Shown piece after piece: positions 30,286 through 41,239 of a stretch of DNA of 64,000 nucleotides. A model generated the notes under the pieces. It saw only the letters and a list, made by a program, of their open reading frames with translations, did no database searches and was not told the origin of the DNA. Origin of the DNA: Bacillota bacterium (GTDB lineage: Bacteria > Bacillota > Clostridia > Acetivibrionales > DSM-1351); NCBI GenBank assembly GCA_023392075.1, contig JAEVZU010000183.1, positions 44,805 to 108,804 of the forward strand. Reading direction: 5' to 3'. Both the position numbers and the translations under genes were made by a program. Each line of letters starts with the position of its first letter. Position 1 is the first letter of the stretch.

Positions 30286-31299
30286 TTGTGTTTGCCACTG
30301 GTTACTGTCGGGATTATTAATTATAATTGCATTAAATTTTTAGAAAATTGTGTTGAGTCATATCTTAATCAGTCATACGGGAATGTAGAAATAATTGTTG
30401 TTGATGACTGTTCAACAGATGGCTCCATTGAATTACTTAAGGGATTGGAAAAATGCAATAAAAATATAAGATGCATTTATCATGAGAAAAACAGCGGAGG
30501 TCCTTCACAAGCCATTCAGGAAATTATCCGGCAGGCGGGAGGCAAATATTTTCAATGGATTGCATCCGACGACTATGCTGACAGCAGCACTATTCAAAAA
30601 TTTGTTGATTATTTGGAAAAAACAAAAAATGATTATGTTTATTGTAATTTTAAGATAGTAAATGAAAATAATGATGTCACATCCTACTGGAATTATTCCC
30701 TTCCCGCACTAAATGATATGGTACGCAGGATATTTGCAAATGCCTCGGGAGTTATTCCCATGAACGGTTTGTACAGACTTGATTTTTTCCACGGAAACGG
30801 TATTACCTGGAGCATATACAGGAATAACGACCATTCCTGCGACACCATAAACTCACTCAATTTTGTCAGTAATGGCATGAAATATGGCATGATAAATGAA
30901 AGCCTGATTTATTACAGACTCCATCAAAGCAACTGTTCTCATAACATTGAGGAAAGAATTAAGTCATCATTGGTAGTATATGACTATATCATTAAAAATT
31001 TTAATGAAGATATATATTTACCTGCAATAGCGTGGAACAGTTCCGAAAACAGGGAGCAGCTTAAGAACTATTCAATCGCTTCATATTTTTACAAAAAGAT
31101 AACCGGTTATTTAAGCTTGGAGGGTATACCCCGCCATTTAAAATACACAATCTCTAAAGAAAAGATAAAGGAATGCATAGGTGGCTTTATAGACGAAGGA
31201 ATGCTGTATATTCACCAGGGGTTGGAACAAGGAGATACTTTACGAGATGAATTGGTTGAGCTGGAAAAAAAGTATAAAAATCTTTTAAATGAATCGTAA
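30286..31299 (+). CDS. Glycosyltransferase family 2
   Basis: IIVVDDCSTDGS and SDD motifs. Confidence 0.92.
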   Translation: MCLPLVTVGIINYNCIKFLENCVESYLNQSYGNVEIIVVDDCSTDGSIELLKGLEKCNKNIRCIYHEKNSGGPSQAIQEIIRQAGGKYFQWIASDDYADSSTIQKFVDYLEKTKNDYVYCNFKIVNENNDVTSYWNYSLPALNDMVRRIFANASGVIPMNGLYRLDFFHGNGITWSIYRNNDHSCDTINSLNFVSNGMKYGMINESLIYYRLHQSNCSHNIEERIKSSLVVYDYIIKNFNEDIYLPAIAWNSSENREQLKNYSIASYFYKKITGYLSLEGIPRHLKYTISKEKIKECIGGFIDEGMLYIHQGLEQGDTLRDELVELEKKYKNLLNES

Positions 31300-32389
31300 A
31301 GGGATAATGGATATGATGAAACAGATATGCGGCATGGAACCTGAGGGTAAAGATAAGGTATACGCAGACCTGATTAAAACCTTTCAGAATGGTAATTTAG
31401 TATTATATGGTGCCGGAGGCATCGGATATATTACAAGCAGCATTTTAAAAGATAAAGTTTGCAATATATGCTGTTTTATTGATGATGACAAAACCAAACA
31501 GGGAACATATATCAACGGAATAAAGGTTGTATCTCTTGAAGAGATCAGCCGGGATGCCGGATATATTATCCTTATATGTCTTCCAAACCCCATGGAGGTT
31601 TATCATAAGCTTATAAGCCTGGGTTATAAGGACGTTCAATATTATCCCGTAATGATGAGTGAAAGGGATTTTTATAATGTGTCCCTGCTTCAAGAGAACA
31701 GGGATAAAATTGAGACCGTATATGATATTTTAGCAGACGACTTTTCCAGAACAGTATTTGACAATATATTAAAACACAGGGCTTCTATGGATTTTTCATA
31801 CTTCGATAATATTATAAGTGACAAACAGTATTTTCCTTCCGATATCTTCACCTTGAACGACAGGGAATGTTTTGTTGACGGAGGAGTATACAACGGAGAG
31901 ACAATTGCCGATTTTGCTGACAGTGTCAATAATAAATTTGATTACATTTATGGCTTTGAACCTGACAAACAGAATTTCAGCAATTTAACAAAAAGTATGG
32001 CGTATATGGATTTCAACCGTCTTAAGCTGTTTAATGCAGGTCTGTACTCAAAAACCGGAGAAATAAGCTTTGACAGCCATGGCAACAGTGCCTCGGCTAT
32101 TTCCGATACCGGCAGGGATAAGATCTCACTGGTCAGGCTGGATGACATTGTAAGAGAATATAAACCGACGTATATAAAGCTGGATATTGAAGGTGCTGAA
32201 AAAGAAGCTCTTTATGGAATGAAAAATACAATCACGGAATATCATCCAAAACTTGCCATATCCATTTATCATAAAGCTGCCGATTTATGGGAGCTGCCCA
32301 TGCTTATCCGGAGCCTGTCGGCTTCCTATAACATTTATATAAGACATTATTCAAATGGCCTGCATGAAACAGTTTGTTATGCCATATAG
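31289..32389 (+). CDS. FkbM-family methyltransferase with N-terminal Rossmann-like segment
   Basis: FVDGGVYNG, GFEPD, IKLDIEGAE, PKLAISIYH. Confidence 0.9.
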   Translation: MNRKGIMDMMKQICGMEPEGKDKVYADLIKTFQNGNLVLYGAGGIGYITSSILKDKVCNICCFIDDDKTKQGTYINGIKVVSLEEISRDAGYIILICLPNPMEVYHKLISLGYKDVQYYPVMMSERDFYNVSLLQENRDKIETVYDILADDFSRTVFDNILKHRASMDFSYFDNIISDKQYFPSDIFTLNDRECFVDGGVYNGETIADFADSVNNKFDYIYGFEPDKQNFSNLTKSMAYMDFNRLKLFNAGLYSKTGEISFDSHGNSASAISDTGRDKISLVRLDDIVREYKPTYIKLDIEGAEKEALYGMKNTITEYHPKLAISIYHKAADLWELPMLIRSLSASYNIYIRHYSNGLHETVCYAI

Positions 32390-32431
32390 GAAACTATTTT
32401 ATCGCTGCCTGGCAGCGGGATAGGAGATTGT

Positions 32432-33454
32432 ATGTTTACCGGAAAAACCTTGCTTATCACCGGAGGGACCGGTTCATTCGGCAATGCCGTACTTAATAGA
32501 TTCATTAAAACCGATATCAGGGAAATCCGTATATTCAGCAGAGATGAGAAAAAGCAGTATGACATGCGCCGGGAGCTGAACAATGAGAAAGTTAAATTTT
32601 ATATCGGTGATGTCAGAGATTACAATTCTGTATATAAAACCATAAAAGGAGTGGACTATGTTTTTCATGCAGCTGCGTTAAAACAGGTGCCTTCCTGTGA
32701 ATTTTATCCCATGGAGGCGGTCAGAACAAATATAATCGGGACTGAGAATCTCCTGAATGCAGCTATTGAAAATAAAGTAAAGAAAGTAATTGTATTAAGT
32801 ACCGATAAAGCCGTCTATCCAATCAATGCGATGGGGATGTCTAAAGCATTGCTGGAAAAGGTAATGGTGGCTACCTCAAGAAACGTAAATGAAGATGAAA
32901 CCGTTTTATGCGGGACCAGATATGGTAACGTAATGGCTTCCAGAGGGTCTGTCATTCCGCTGTTTGTTCAGCAAATAGCCGAAGGGACGCCCTTGACTGT
33001 CACAGATCCAAATATGACAAGGTTTATGATGTCTTTGGAAAATGCAATTGATTTAGTACTTTACGCCTTCAACAATGCAAAGCCGGGGGATATTTTCGTT
33101 CAAAAAGCACCCGCTGCAACAATACTGGAGCTGGCTGAGGCCCTTAAGGATATTTTCAATGCCGGGAATGAAATCAGGATTATAGGCACACGCCACGGTG
33201 AGAAATTATATGAAACATTATTGACAAGGGAAGAAATGTCAATAGCTGAAGATTTGGGGGATTACTACAGAATACCGGCAGACAACAGGGATTTGAACTA
33301 TGATAAATATATCAGCTGCGGCAATAGTATAACGTCCGGGTTAAGCGATTACAATTCTCATAATACCCGGAGGCTGACCGGTGATGAGTTAAGGAAACTG
33401 CTCCTGAGTCTGGATTATATTCAAAAAGAATTAAAACAAAGCAAAGGAGTCTGA
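32432..33454 (+). CDS. fnlA: UDP-GlcNAc 4,6-dehydratase/5-epimerase (FnlA/CapE/WbjB type)
   Basis: TGGTGSFG, AAALKQVPSCEF, STDKAVYPINAMGMSK, RYGNVMASRGSV. Confidence 0.9.
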   Translation: MFTGKTLLITGGTGSFGNAVLNRFIKTDIREIRIFSRDEKKQYDMRRELNNEKVKFYIGDVRDYNSVYKTIKGVDYVFHAAALKQVPSCEFYPMEAVRTNIIGTENLLNAAIENKVKKVIVLSTDKAVYPINAMGMSKALLEKVMVATSRNVNEDETVLCGTRYGNVMASRGSVIPLFVQQIAEGTPLTVTDPNMTRFMMSLENAIDLVLYAFNNAKPGDIFVQKAPAATILELAEALKDIFNAGNEIRIIGTRHGEKLYETLLTREEMSIAEDLGDYYRIPADNRDLNYDKYISCGNSITSGLSDYNSHNTRRLTGDELRKLLLSLDYIQKELKQSKGV

Positions 33455-33457
33455 CAT

Positions 33458-34588
33458 ATGTTGAAAGTAATGACTATAGCAGGTACCAGGCCGGAGATCA
33501 TTAAATTGAGCAGAGTCATTGACAGGCTTGATAAATGTACCGAACATATTCTTGTTCATACCGGGCAGAATTTTGACTATGAACTTAATGAAATATTTTT
33601 TGAGGAAATGCGGATAAGAAAGCCTCAGTATTATTTGAATTCTGCCGGAAAATCACCTATTGAGACAATTGCAAATGTTTTGATCAAAGCCGATGAGGTT
33701 TTAGAAGCCGAGAAGCCCGATGCAGTCCTGATTTATGGTGATACAAACAGCTGCCTGTCTGTTATTGCCGCAAAACGCAAAAAGATACCTGTTTTTCATA
33801 TGGAAGCAGGTAACCGCTGCTTTGATCAGAGAGTACCCGAAGAAATAAACCGTAAAATAGTTGACCATTTAAGTGATATCAATATGCCCATATCGGAGCA
33901 TGCAAGGAGGTATTTGCTCCGGGAAGGCATTAGTGGAGAAACTGTCATAAAAACCGGTTCTTCCATGAGGGAAGTGTTCGAATTTTATAAAAATGACATT
34001 GATAAATCCGAAATACTGACCAGGATGAAGCTGAGACCAAAAGAGTATTTTGTGGTCAGCGCACATAGAGAAGAAAATATTGACTCGGATAAGAACTTCA
34101 AGGATTTTATTGAAACCTTGAATGCCATTGCCGTAAAATACGGCAAAAGAATTATTGTATCAACTCATCCAAGAACCATGAAAAAAGTAACTCTGCTGGA
34201 TAAGTCTCTACTGGATGTCAAGATCGAATGGATAAAGCCGTTGGGTTTTTTTGATTATATAAAACTCCAGACAAATGCAGCTTGCGTAATATCAGACAGC
34301 GGAACCCTTATGGAAGAGGCTTCCCTGCTCTCCTTTCCTGCAGTTACCATTCGAAATGCCCATGAGAGGCCTGAGGGCATGGAGGAAGGGGTTCTAATAT
34401 TATCCGGGCTAAAGGCAGACAGGGTATTGCAGTCTGTGGATATTGTAACAGGCTGTGCGGGCAGTGAAGCTCCGGGCAGGAAGCCGGTGGAGGATTACAA
34501 TGTTTACAATGTATCTGATAAGGTTGTAAAAATTATCCTGAGCTATACTGATTATATCAACAGGACGGTGTGGAGGAGGACGGATTAG
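33458..34588 (+). CDS. UDP-2-acetamido-2,6-dideoxy-hexose 2-epimerase (FnlC/CapG/QnlB type)
   Basis: GTRPEIIK, HTGQNFD, HMEAGNRCFD..PEEINR, SDSGT, HERPEG. Confidence 0.88.
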   Translation: MLKVMTIAGTRPEIIKLSRVIDRLDKCTEHILVHTGQNFDYELNEIFFEEMRIRKPQYYLNSAGKSPIETIANVLIKADEVLEAEKPDAVLIYGDTNSCLSVIAAKRKKIPVFHMEAGNRCFDQRVPEEINRKIVDHLSDINMPISEHARRYLLREGISGETVIKTGSSMREVFEFYKNDIDKSEILTRMKLRPKEYFVVSAHREENIDSDKNFKDFIETLNAIAVKYGKRIIVSTHPRTMKKVTLLDKSLLDVKIEWIKPLGFFDYIKLQTNAACVISDSGTLMEEASLLSFPAVTIRNAHERPEGMEEGVLILSGLKADRVLQSVDIVTGCAGSEAPGRKPVEDYNVYNVSDKVVKIILSYTDYINRTVWRRTD

Positions 34589-34591
34589 CTG

Positions 34592-35458
34592 ATGGGCAGG
34601 AAAAAAATATTGGTACTGGGTTCAACAGGAATGGCAGGACACGTTATGACTGCATTCTTTGAGGAAAGCGGAGCCTATGATGTTTTTAATCTTGCACATA
34701 AGAAAAAGCTGAATGAAAGATCGTATTTGTGTGATGCAACTGATTTTCTTAAGCTTGGAGTATTTTTGGATAAAGAAGAATTCGATGTCATCATAAACTG
34801 TATTGGTATTTTAAACCAAAATGCCACTGATTTCAAGGACAGGGCAGTTTTGTTAAATTCCTATCTACCTCACTTTTTGGAAACCCGGTTCAGAGATTCG
34901 CATACCAAAATTATTCATCTAAGTACGGATTGTGTATTCTCAGGTAAAACGGGTTCATATACCGAAACTTCCTTTAAAGACGGAGATACATATTATGACC
35001 GGACCAAGGCTATAGGTGAGATCTGTGAAGGCCGTAATTTAACGGTCAGAACATCTATAATCGGCCCTGATATCAATTATGACGGTATAGGACTTTTTAA
35101 TTGGTTCATGAAATCCAAAGGCAAAATAAACGGCTATGTCAATGCAATTTGGACCGGCATTACAACCATTGAGCTGGCAAAAGCCGTAGGAAAAGCTGTA
35201 GAAAATGATTTGTCCGGATTATACCACTTGGTATCGGCCAAAAGTATAAATAAATATGAACTGCTTTTGCTCTTTAAAGAAGTTTTTAATAAAAATGATG
35301 TGCATATAGTCAAGTATTTTAATGAGCCTGTAGATAAAAGCCTGATTAATACCCGCCATGATTTTGATTATCAAGTACCGGATTATAAAATTATGATATC
35401 CGGGATAAAGGAATGGATATTGGGCCACCCGGCCTTATATCCGCATTATACCGTATAA
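34592..35458 (+). CDS. RmlD-like NAD(P)-dependent 4-reductase (QnlA/WbvR type)
   Basis: GSTGMAG, HLSTDCVFSG, Y..TK, RTSIIGP; no cupin domain. Confidence 0.82.
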   Translation: MGRKKILVLGSTGMAGHVMTAFFEESGAYDVFNLAHKKKLNERSYLCDATDFLKLGVFLDKEEFDVIINCIGILNQNATDFKDRAVLLNSYLPHFLETRFRDSHTKIIHLSTDCVFSGKTGSYTETSFKDGDTYYDRTKAIGEICEGRNLTVRTSIIGPDINYDGIGLFNWFMKSKGKINGYVNAIWTGITTIELAKAVGKAVENDLSGLYHLVSAKSINKYELLLLFKEVFNKNDVHIVKYFNEPVDKSLINTRHDFDYQVPDYKIMISGIKEWILGHPALYPHYTV

Positions 35459-35692
35459 TTGTCATACCTGTTGACTAATTCTAATAAAAATTACAAATGG
35501 ACTTTATTTCCGTTATATTCAACATTATTAGTTAAATAATTGTTGAATATATTTTTGTAATGATTTCTGCTGCCTCCCTCATATTATTATACAAGCACAT
35601 AAGTTAACTGATATACAAATCATGGGTTTGGTATACAGTGGCAAAATGACGGAAATACCGAAAGCAACGTCTGAAGGGAATAGGGATGAAAA

Positions 35693-36700
35693 ATGCTGCA
35701 GAATATAATAATACTTGTTTTAAGTCTTGGGATAATACTTACGGGGTGTGAACTGTTTACCAACGGAATAGAATGGCTGGGTAAAAAACTTAATCTTGGC
35801 GATGGTGTGGTGGGCAGTATTTTTTCGGCTGTAGGCACCTGTTTACCTGAAACGCTGATTCCGATTATTGCTCTCCTTTTTTCAAAAGGCCGCTCGGAAT
35901 CTGTGGATATAGGCATTGGAGCAATTGTAGGTGCACCATTTATGCTTTCAACTCTGGCCTTTCTTATTACCGGGTTAAGTGCTATTATATTTGCCGGGAG
36001 ACGTAAAACGGGATATATGCTCAATGTAAATATTGATATATTGAGCAGGGACATTTCATTTTTTGTGGTAGTTTATACGGGTATGATTTTAGCCTCAATC
36101 ATCACTTTTGGGGCGGTAAAAAATGTGTTGGCCTTCATACTTATCGGGTGTTACGTGTACTATGTTTTTAAAACCGTTGACGGTGACCATTCCAATGATG
36201 AGGAAATTGATGATCTCACCTTTTCAAGGGCTTTTAATACAAAGACCAATATAGTTGTTATTTCCCTTCAGGTTATGGTTGCACTGACGGTGATCATTGC
36301 CGGAGCGGAACTTTTCGTAAATAATATTGAAGTAGTTTCAAAGGGCTTTGGAATATCGACCCTGGCCCTGTCAATAATCATAACTCCTATAGCAACCGAG
36401 CTGCCTGAAAAGTTTAACAGTGTCATATGGATAAGCAAAAGCAAGGATACCCTTTCTCTTGGAAATATAACAGGGGCAATGGTATTTCAGAGCTGCATAC
36501 CTGTTTCCATCGGTATCCTTGCCACAAGTTGGAGACTTGATACCATCACTCTTGTAAGTGCATTGCTTGCACTTTGCTCGGCGCTGGTGACCTTTATCTG
36601 GATAAAGGTGAAGAGGCAGCTGCATCCAATACCTCTTTTATCGGGAGGATTGTTTTACATCTTTTTTATCATATTCCTTATTGAGAGGGGGTTTAAATAA
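35693..36700 (+). CDS. Sodium:calcium antiporter family protein
   Basis: alpha-repeats GTCLPE and ATELPE. Confidence 0.9.
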   Translation: MLQNIIILVLSLGIILTGCELFTNGIEWLGKKLNLGDGVVGSIFSAVGTCLPETLIPIIALLFSKGRSESVDIGIGAIVGAPFMLSTLAFLITGLSAIIFAGRRKTGYMLNVNIDILSRDISFFVVVYTGMILASIITFGAVKNVLAFILIGCYVYYVFKTVDGDHSNDEEIDDLTFSRAFNTKTNIVVISLQVMVALTVIIAGAELFVNNIEVVSKGFGISTLALSIIITPIATELPEKFNSVIWISKSKDTLSLGNITGAMVFQSCIPVSIGILATSWRLDTITLVSALLALCSALVTFIWIKVKRQLHPIPLLSGGLFYIFFIIFLIERGFK

Positions 36701-36703
36701 CTG

Positions 36704-37096
36704 TCAGAAGATATTTTCCATGGTAAAACCCTCTTTCTTCGGTATGTGCAGTATATAATACTTCAAAGCTTCCAGTTCAGCAAGTGCGGAGGAGTAATCT
36801 TCGCTTTCCACATACATTTTTGTTTTGGTAAAGGAATCATCAATATTATCAATTTCAAAATGGTCTACAAGCATTGCCCAGTAGTACTTTGTTTTATCCC
36901 AGTTTTTATTGAATTCCTCAAGCTGCTTTTCGGCGGAAGTCCATTGCTTGTCTGTGACGGATTTGCTGATGGAAATAACCGAATATTCCAGGACTCCTGC
37001 CGACCTGCCCAGGTAGTAAAGTGTCAATGAACCTGATAGAATTATGACTATCAATAATACGGAAATGAGGATAACTGTTTTTGTATTTGTGTTCAT
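36704..37096 (-). CDS. DUF4363-like protein
   Basis: N-terminal TM segment, W....WAMLVDHFEIDNID, ends ENIF; follows DUF421. ATG at 37096. Confidence 0.75.
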   Translation of the reverse strand: MNTNTKTVILISVLLIVIILSGSLTLYYLGRSAGVLEYSVISISKSVTDKQWTSAEKQLEEFNKNWDKTKYYWAMLVDHFEIDNIDDSFTKTKMYVESEDYSSALAELEALKYYILHIPKKEGFTMENIF

Positions 37097-37106
37097 AAAG
37101 TACAGT

Positions 37107-37796
37107 TCACTCCTTTGACTTATTTTTTTCCTTTGCCTGGCAGAACAATTTTCCATCCAAATCAATACTTGCAAAGAAAACATCTTTGATACTGTTAATA
37201 CCTATTTTGTTCAATTCCATCTCAAGAGTCTCTTTATTCAGATTCGCCCTTTTTAAGTTTTTGTTCACCAGGTTTCCGTCTATTATCAAATCAATTGCAG
37301 GTGCCTCATATTTGACCGACAAATTCAAATCTTCCGGAGTTACATTTCTTTTAGCAGCCTTTGGTACTACGCTCAACTGTCCGTTGGTCTCCAGAATTGC
37401 ATATTCCACATCTGCGATATCATAGATATCCTTGCTTCGAAGCTGCTCAAGAAAATCATTCAAAGTATACAGTTCGTTGCGGAATACCTGTTCATTGATT
37501 TTTCCTGCCGAAATCAGAATGCTTGGTCTTCCGCAGATAATATCCCTGGCTTTTGAACTTTTTAAGGATATAAAGGAAATAAGTATTTGCGCCGCCAGCA
37601 TTGTCAATATGGGAATAATGCCGTTCACCAGCGGAATTCCCGTATTTTGCATAGGTACTGAAGCAAGCTCCGAGATCATAATGGCAACTGCAAGTTCAAA
37701 AGGCTGCAATTCTCCAATCTGCCTTTTTCCCATTATTCTCATTGCAATAATAACAATAATGTACAAAATCAAAGTTCTAATAAAAACGACTAACAA
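37107..37796 (-). CDS. DUF421 (YetF/YcaP-like) membrane protein
   Basis: MGKRQIGELQPFE, AILETNGQLSV. Confidence 0.88.
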   Translation of the reverse strand: MLVVFIRTLILYIIVIIAMRIMGKRQIGELQPFELAVAIMISELASVPMQNTGIPLVNGIIPILTMLAAQILISFISLKSSKARDIICGRPSILISAGKINEQVFRNELYTLNDFLEQLRSKDIYDIADVEYAILETNGQLSVVPKAAKRNVTPEDLNLSVKYEAPAIDLIIDGNLVNKNLKRANLNKETLEMELNKIGINSIKDVFFASIDLDGKLFCQAKEKNKSKE

Positions 37797-38162
37797 TTTA
37801 TTAACCTCTTTCCATTAGGGATAATAAACTTATTATTTAAAAATAACCGAAAAAAATACTTGAATTTTTAGCTTGCCAGATAATTCCCATACATGTGGCT
37901 GGAAAAGGGGAAGCTAACAATATTTTACCGAAAAAGTATAATATTATTAGCTATTCAAAGAAAATGAAAGATATTTGAACAATTATGCAGATAATTCAAA
38001 CTGTAATAATTTATATCACGAATAATTCTTGTAATTTAAGGTTTCATTTAATTAATGTCAAAGTGATATAATTAATAGGTATTCTTTACTATGGGGCATT
38101 ATATATAGCTTTATTGCATATTATAATGCTCATTATTTTTACTTTTTTTCAGGGAGGATTCA

Positions 38163-38780
38163 ATGCAGGTAGTTATTATCGGATGCGGAAAGGTGGGAGC
38201 TAAATTTGCTCAAGTACTTTCCCAAGAAGGACATGAAATAGTTATAGTGTCCAGTGACAGTAAGTTATTTAGAAATTTAACTCCAGATTTTGATGGTGTT
38301 ACATTGACGGGCGTCCCGATAGACCAGGATGTTTTAAAGAATGCGGGTATTGAGACAGCTGATGCTCTGGTGGCTGTTACTGAGGATGATAACGTAAATA
38401 TAATGGTTTGTCAGGTTGCCAGGGAAATATTCAAAGTCCCCAAGGTAATAGCAAGGATATATAACCCTGCAAGAGAACATGTATTCCATGAGTTCGGACT
38501 TGACACTTTTTGTCCAACTGATATAACAGTAAATGTTATAAGGGCCATGATCAGCTCTGAGGATGATGTCAGCACACATACAATCGGGAATACCTCTGTC
38601 ATTTTCCAAAATAAAAAGATTAGCGAAGGCTATATAGGTAAAAGAGTTGACCAGGTCAAACTAAAGGAGGGCATGATTTTTGGAATCATCAGATCAGGAG
38701 TATTTATGTTTGCAAACAGTGTGGGAAAGCTCATAAAAGGTGATATTTTCGTTATTGCAGATACAGCCCACAAGCTATAG
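38163..38780 (+). CDS. trkA: TrkA-family K+ uptake NAD-binding subunit
   Basis: GCGKVG Rossmann motif; RCK domain. Confidence 0.88.
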   Translation: MQVVIIGCGKVGAKFAQVLSQEGHEIVIVSSDSKLFRNLTPDFDGVTLTGVPIDQDVLKNAGIETADALVAVTEDDNVNIMVCQVAREIFKVPKVIARIYNPAREHVFHEFGLDTFCPTDITVNVIRAMISSEDDVSTHTIGNTSVIFQNKKISEGYIGKRVDQVKLKEGMIFGIIRSGVFMFANSVGKLIKGDIFVIADTAHKL

Positions 38781-38837
38781 GGCACTTTAATTCAGCAATC
38801 AGGTTGTGATTTTGATATAACATTTGGAGGTAAATGA

Positions 38838-39494
38838 ATGTATATAGTAATTGCAGGCGGAGGGAAATTAGGGTATTATCTGGTTAAAACGCTTCTGCCT
38901 TACAAACATAGAATAACTGTTATAGAACATCAGAGAGATTTGTGCGAGAAGATAGCAAATCAACTCAATATTTCGATTGTTAATGGGGATGGAACCAGTA
39001 TTGAGCACCTGACCGAATCGGAGGTCAGCAAGGCGGATATATTTATAGCTGTTACAGGCCGGGATGAGGAAAATCTTATTGCATGCCAGCTGGCCAAAAG
39101 GAAATTCGGAGTAAAAAGAACAATTGCAAGAGTCAACAACCCGAAAAATATAACAGTATTTGAAAAGCTGGGTGTGGATATTGCGGTTAGCAGTACCTCT
39201 ATAATTGCAGATCTCATAGAACAGGAAGTTGATTATTCTGGTGTCAGAACCTTAATGAAACTAAAGGGCGGTAAAATAACGCTAAGCGAACTGATTATTA
39301 CTTCTGAGTCCGGGGTTGTAAATAAAAAGCTGAAGGATCTCAACGTTCCAAAGGATTTCATATTGATATCGGTTATCAGGGACGACGTAGTTATTATACC
39401 CAATGGAGACACAATGCTGTCTGCAGGCGATTATATCATAGCTGCGTCTTCATATACCGAACAGCAGGAACTGAAGGAATTCTTTTTAGGATAA
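38838..39494 (+). CDS. trkA: TrkA-family K+ uptake NAD-binding subunit
   Basis: GGGKLG, GDG, IARVNNP; TrkA-C domain. Confidence 0.9.
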   Translation: MYIVIAGGGKLGYYLVKTLLPYKHRITVIEHQRDLCEKIANQLNISIVNGDGTSIEHLTESEVSKADIFIAVTGRDEENLIACQLAKRKFGVKRTIARVNNPKNITVFEKLGVDIAVSSTSIIADLIEQEVDYSGVRTLMKLKGGKITLSELIITSESGVVNKKLKDLNVPKDFILISVIRDDVVIIPNGDTMLSAGDYIIAASSYTEQQELKEFFLG

Positions 39495-39541
39495 TATGTT
39501 GCATTAATGGATTTTAGTATGATAAAATTAAAGATATTTAT

Positions 39542-39820
39542 AAAGGCTAGGATTAATTACGGAACGGATGAATGAGTTCCTTAGTAGCCGTCCATACAGG
39601 TTAAGAGAGCAGTCTGGCTGGTGGGAAGACTGAGTTGTATGGAATGTGTGAATTACGGATTATGAGCTGCTTTTTGCCGGGATTGCCCGTTACAGCATTA
39701 AAGGCGTCTGTAAAGCCAGGTGAATTTATATAATATGTTTGCCTCACAAGGGTTTATGGATGTAAATTAAGGTGGTACCACGAGCTCTTCGTCCTTATAC
39801 AGGATCAAGGGCTTTTATTA
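39542..39820 (+). promoter_or_regulatory. T-box riboswitch (Tyr) leader of tyrS
   Basis: AGAGAG and GGTGGGA stem I motifs, specifier GAAT-TAC, T-box AAGGTGGTACCACG (about 39769-39783), terminator. Confidence 0.85.
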
Positions 39821-39908
39821 TTGTCAGGATATTGAAAGTTCATTCATTGCCTGATATCGATATTTTTGAGTAATTTGGCAAATACTGTTTACAAGGAGAG
39901 AAAAAACA

Positions 39909-41135
39909 ATGGGTAATGTATACGATTTATTGCAGGAAAGGGGCTTTATAGCTCAGGTAACTCATGAAGAAGAGATTAAGAAACTTTTAAGAGAGAAAAG
40001 TGTAACGTTTTATATAGGTTTTGATCCTACCGCGGACAGTCTGCATGTGGGGCACTTTCTTCAATTGATGGTTATGGCTCACATGCAGCAGGCAGGCCAC
40101 CGGCCGATTGTGCTTATCGGCGGAGGTACAGCCATGGTAGGAGACCCCAGCGGCAAAAATGATATGAGAAAAATGATGACCAGGGAAATAGTACAGCATA
40201 ATGTAGAAAGATTTAAAACACAGATTTCCAGATTTATCGATTTCTCAAATGACAGGGCAATAATGGTTGACAACGGAGACTGGCTGCTTGGTCTCAATTA
40301 TGTGGAGTTTTTAAGAGACGTGGGAGTACATTTTTCTGTAAACAGAATGCTGACTGCCGAATGTTTCAAGAGCAGAATGGAAAAGGGTCTGACCTTCCTC
40401 GAATTCAACTACATGCTGATGCAGAGCTATGATTTCCTTGTACTTAATAGAAAATATGACTGCCAGATGGAGCTTGGCGGGGACGATCAGTGGTCAAATA
40501 TTCTTGGCGGTCTGGAATTGGTCAGAAAATCTGATGGAAAGAGTGTTTACGGAATGACCTTTACACTTTTGACCACCAGCGAAGGCAAGAAAATGGGTAA
40601 AACGGAAAGCGGCGCAGTATGGCTGGATCCGGAAAAAACCACACCTTATGAATTCTACCAGTATTGGAGGAATATCAGTGACAATGATGTGGCAAAATGT
40701 CTTGCGCTTCTGACCTTCCTCCCAATGGACGAAGTCAGAAGACTTGGAACACTGACAGATGCAGGGATCAACCAGGCAAAAGCCATATTGGCCTATGAAG
40801 TAACAAAAATTGTACATGGTGAAGCAGAAGCTCTTAAAGCTAAGGATGCTGCCGAGGCAATATTCGGCGGTAAAGGCAGTTCTGAAAATATACCTTTTAT
40901 TGAAGTTAAAGCAGCCGAACTGGAAGCAGGAATTAAGATAACGGATTTATTGCTGCTGGCCGAACTGACTCCTTCAAAGAGCGAAGCGAGAAGAGCAGTA
41001 CAACAGGGCGGAGTTTCACTCAATGATAATAAGATTACAAGCTTTGATTACACTGTGGGGACCAGTGATCTTGCAGATGGTGAAATGATGCTTCAAAAGG
41101 GCAAAAAGAGCTTTGTAAAGATAAAAGCTGTTTAG
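39909..41135 (+). CDS. tyrS: Tyrosine--tRNA ligase
   Basis: [19 protein letters not shown]-terminal S4 domain. Confidence 0.99.
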   Translation: MGNVYDLLQERGFIAQVTHEEEIKKLLREKSVTFYIGFDPTADSLHVGHFLQLMVMAHMQQAGHRPIVLIGGGTAMVGDPSGKNDMRKMMTREIVQHNVERFKTQISRFIDFSNDRAIMVDNGDWLLGLNYVEFLRDVGVHFSVNRMLTAECFKSRMEKGLTFLEFNYMLMQSYDFLVLNRKYDCQMELGGDDQWSNILGGLELVRKSDGKSVYGMTFTLLTTSEGKKMGKTESGAVWLDPEKTTPYEFYQYWRNISDNDVAKCLALLTFLPMDEVRRLGTLTDAGINQAKAILAYEVTKIVHGEAEALKAKDAAEAIFGGKGSSENIPFIEVKAAELEAGIKITDLLLLAELTPSKSEARRAVQQGGVSLNDNKITSFDYTVGTSDLADGEMMLQKGKKSFVKIKAV

Positions 41136-41150
41136 CAGTCATTAAAAATT

Positions 41151-41194
41151 AAGCACACCATACGTCGGAAAATTGTCTGTATGGTGTGCTTTTT
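41151..41194. terminator. Intrinsic terminator between convergent tyrS and trkH
   Basis: AAGCACACCATAC...GTATGGTGTGCTTTTT. Confidence 0.8.
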
Positions 41195-41239
41195 ATTGTT
41201 CCCATAACTTTATGTGATTTAGCTATTGCTTTATCAAGA

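Noticed and set aside
29949..35600. tRNA-integrated genomic island
   Set aside because: No integrase and no duplicated tRNA 3' end found downstream
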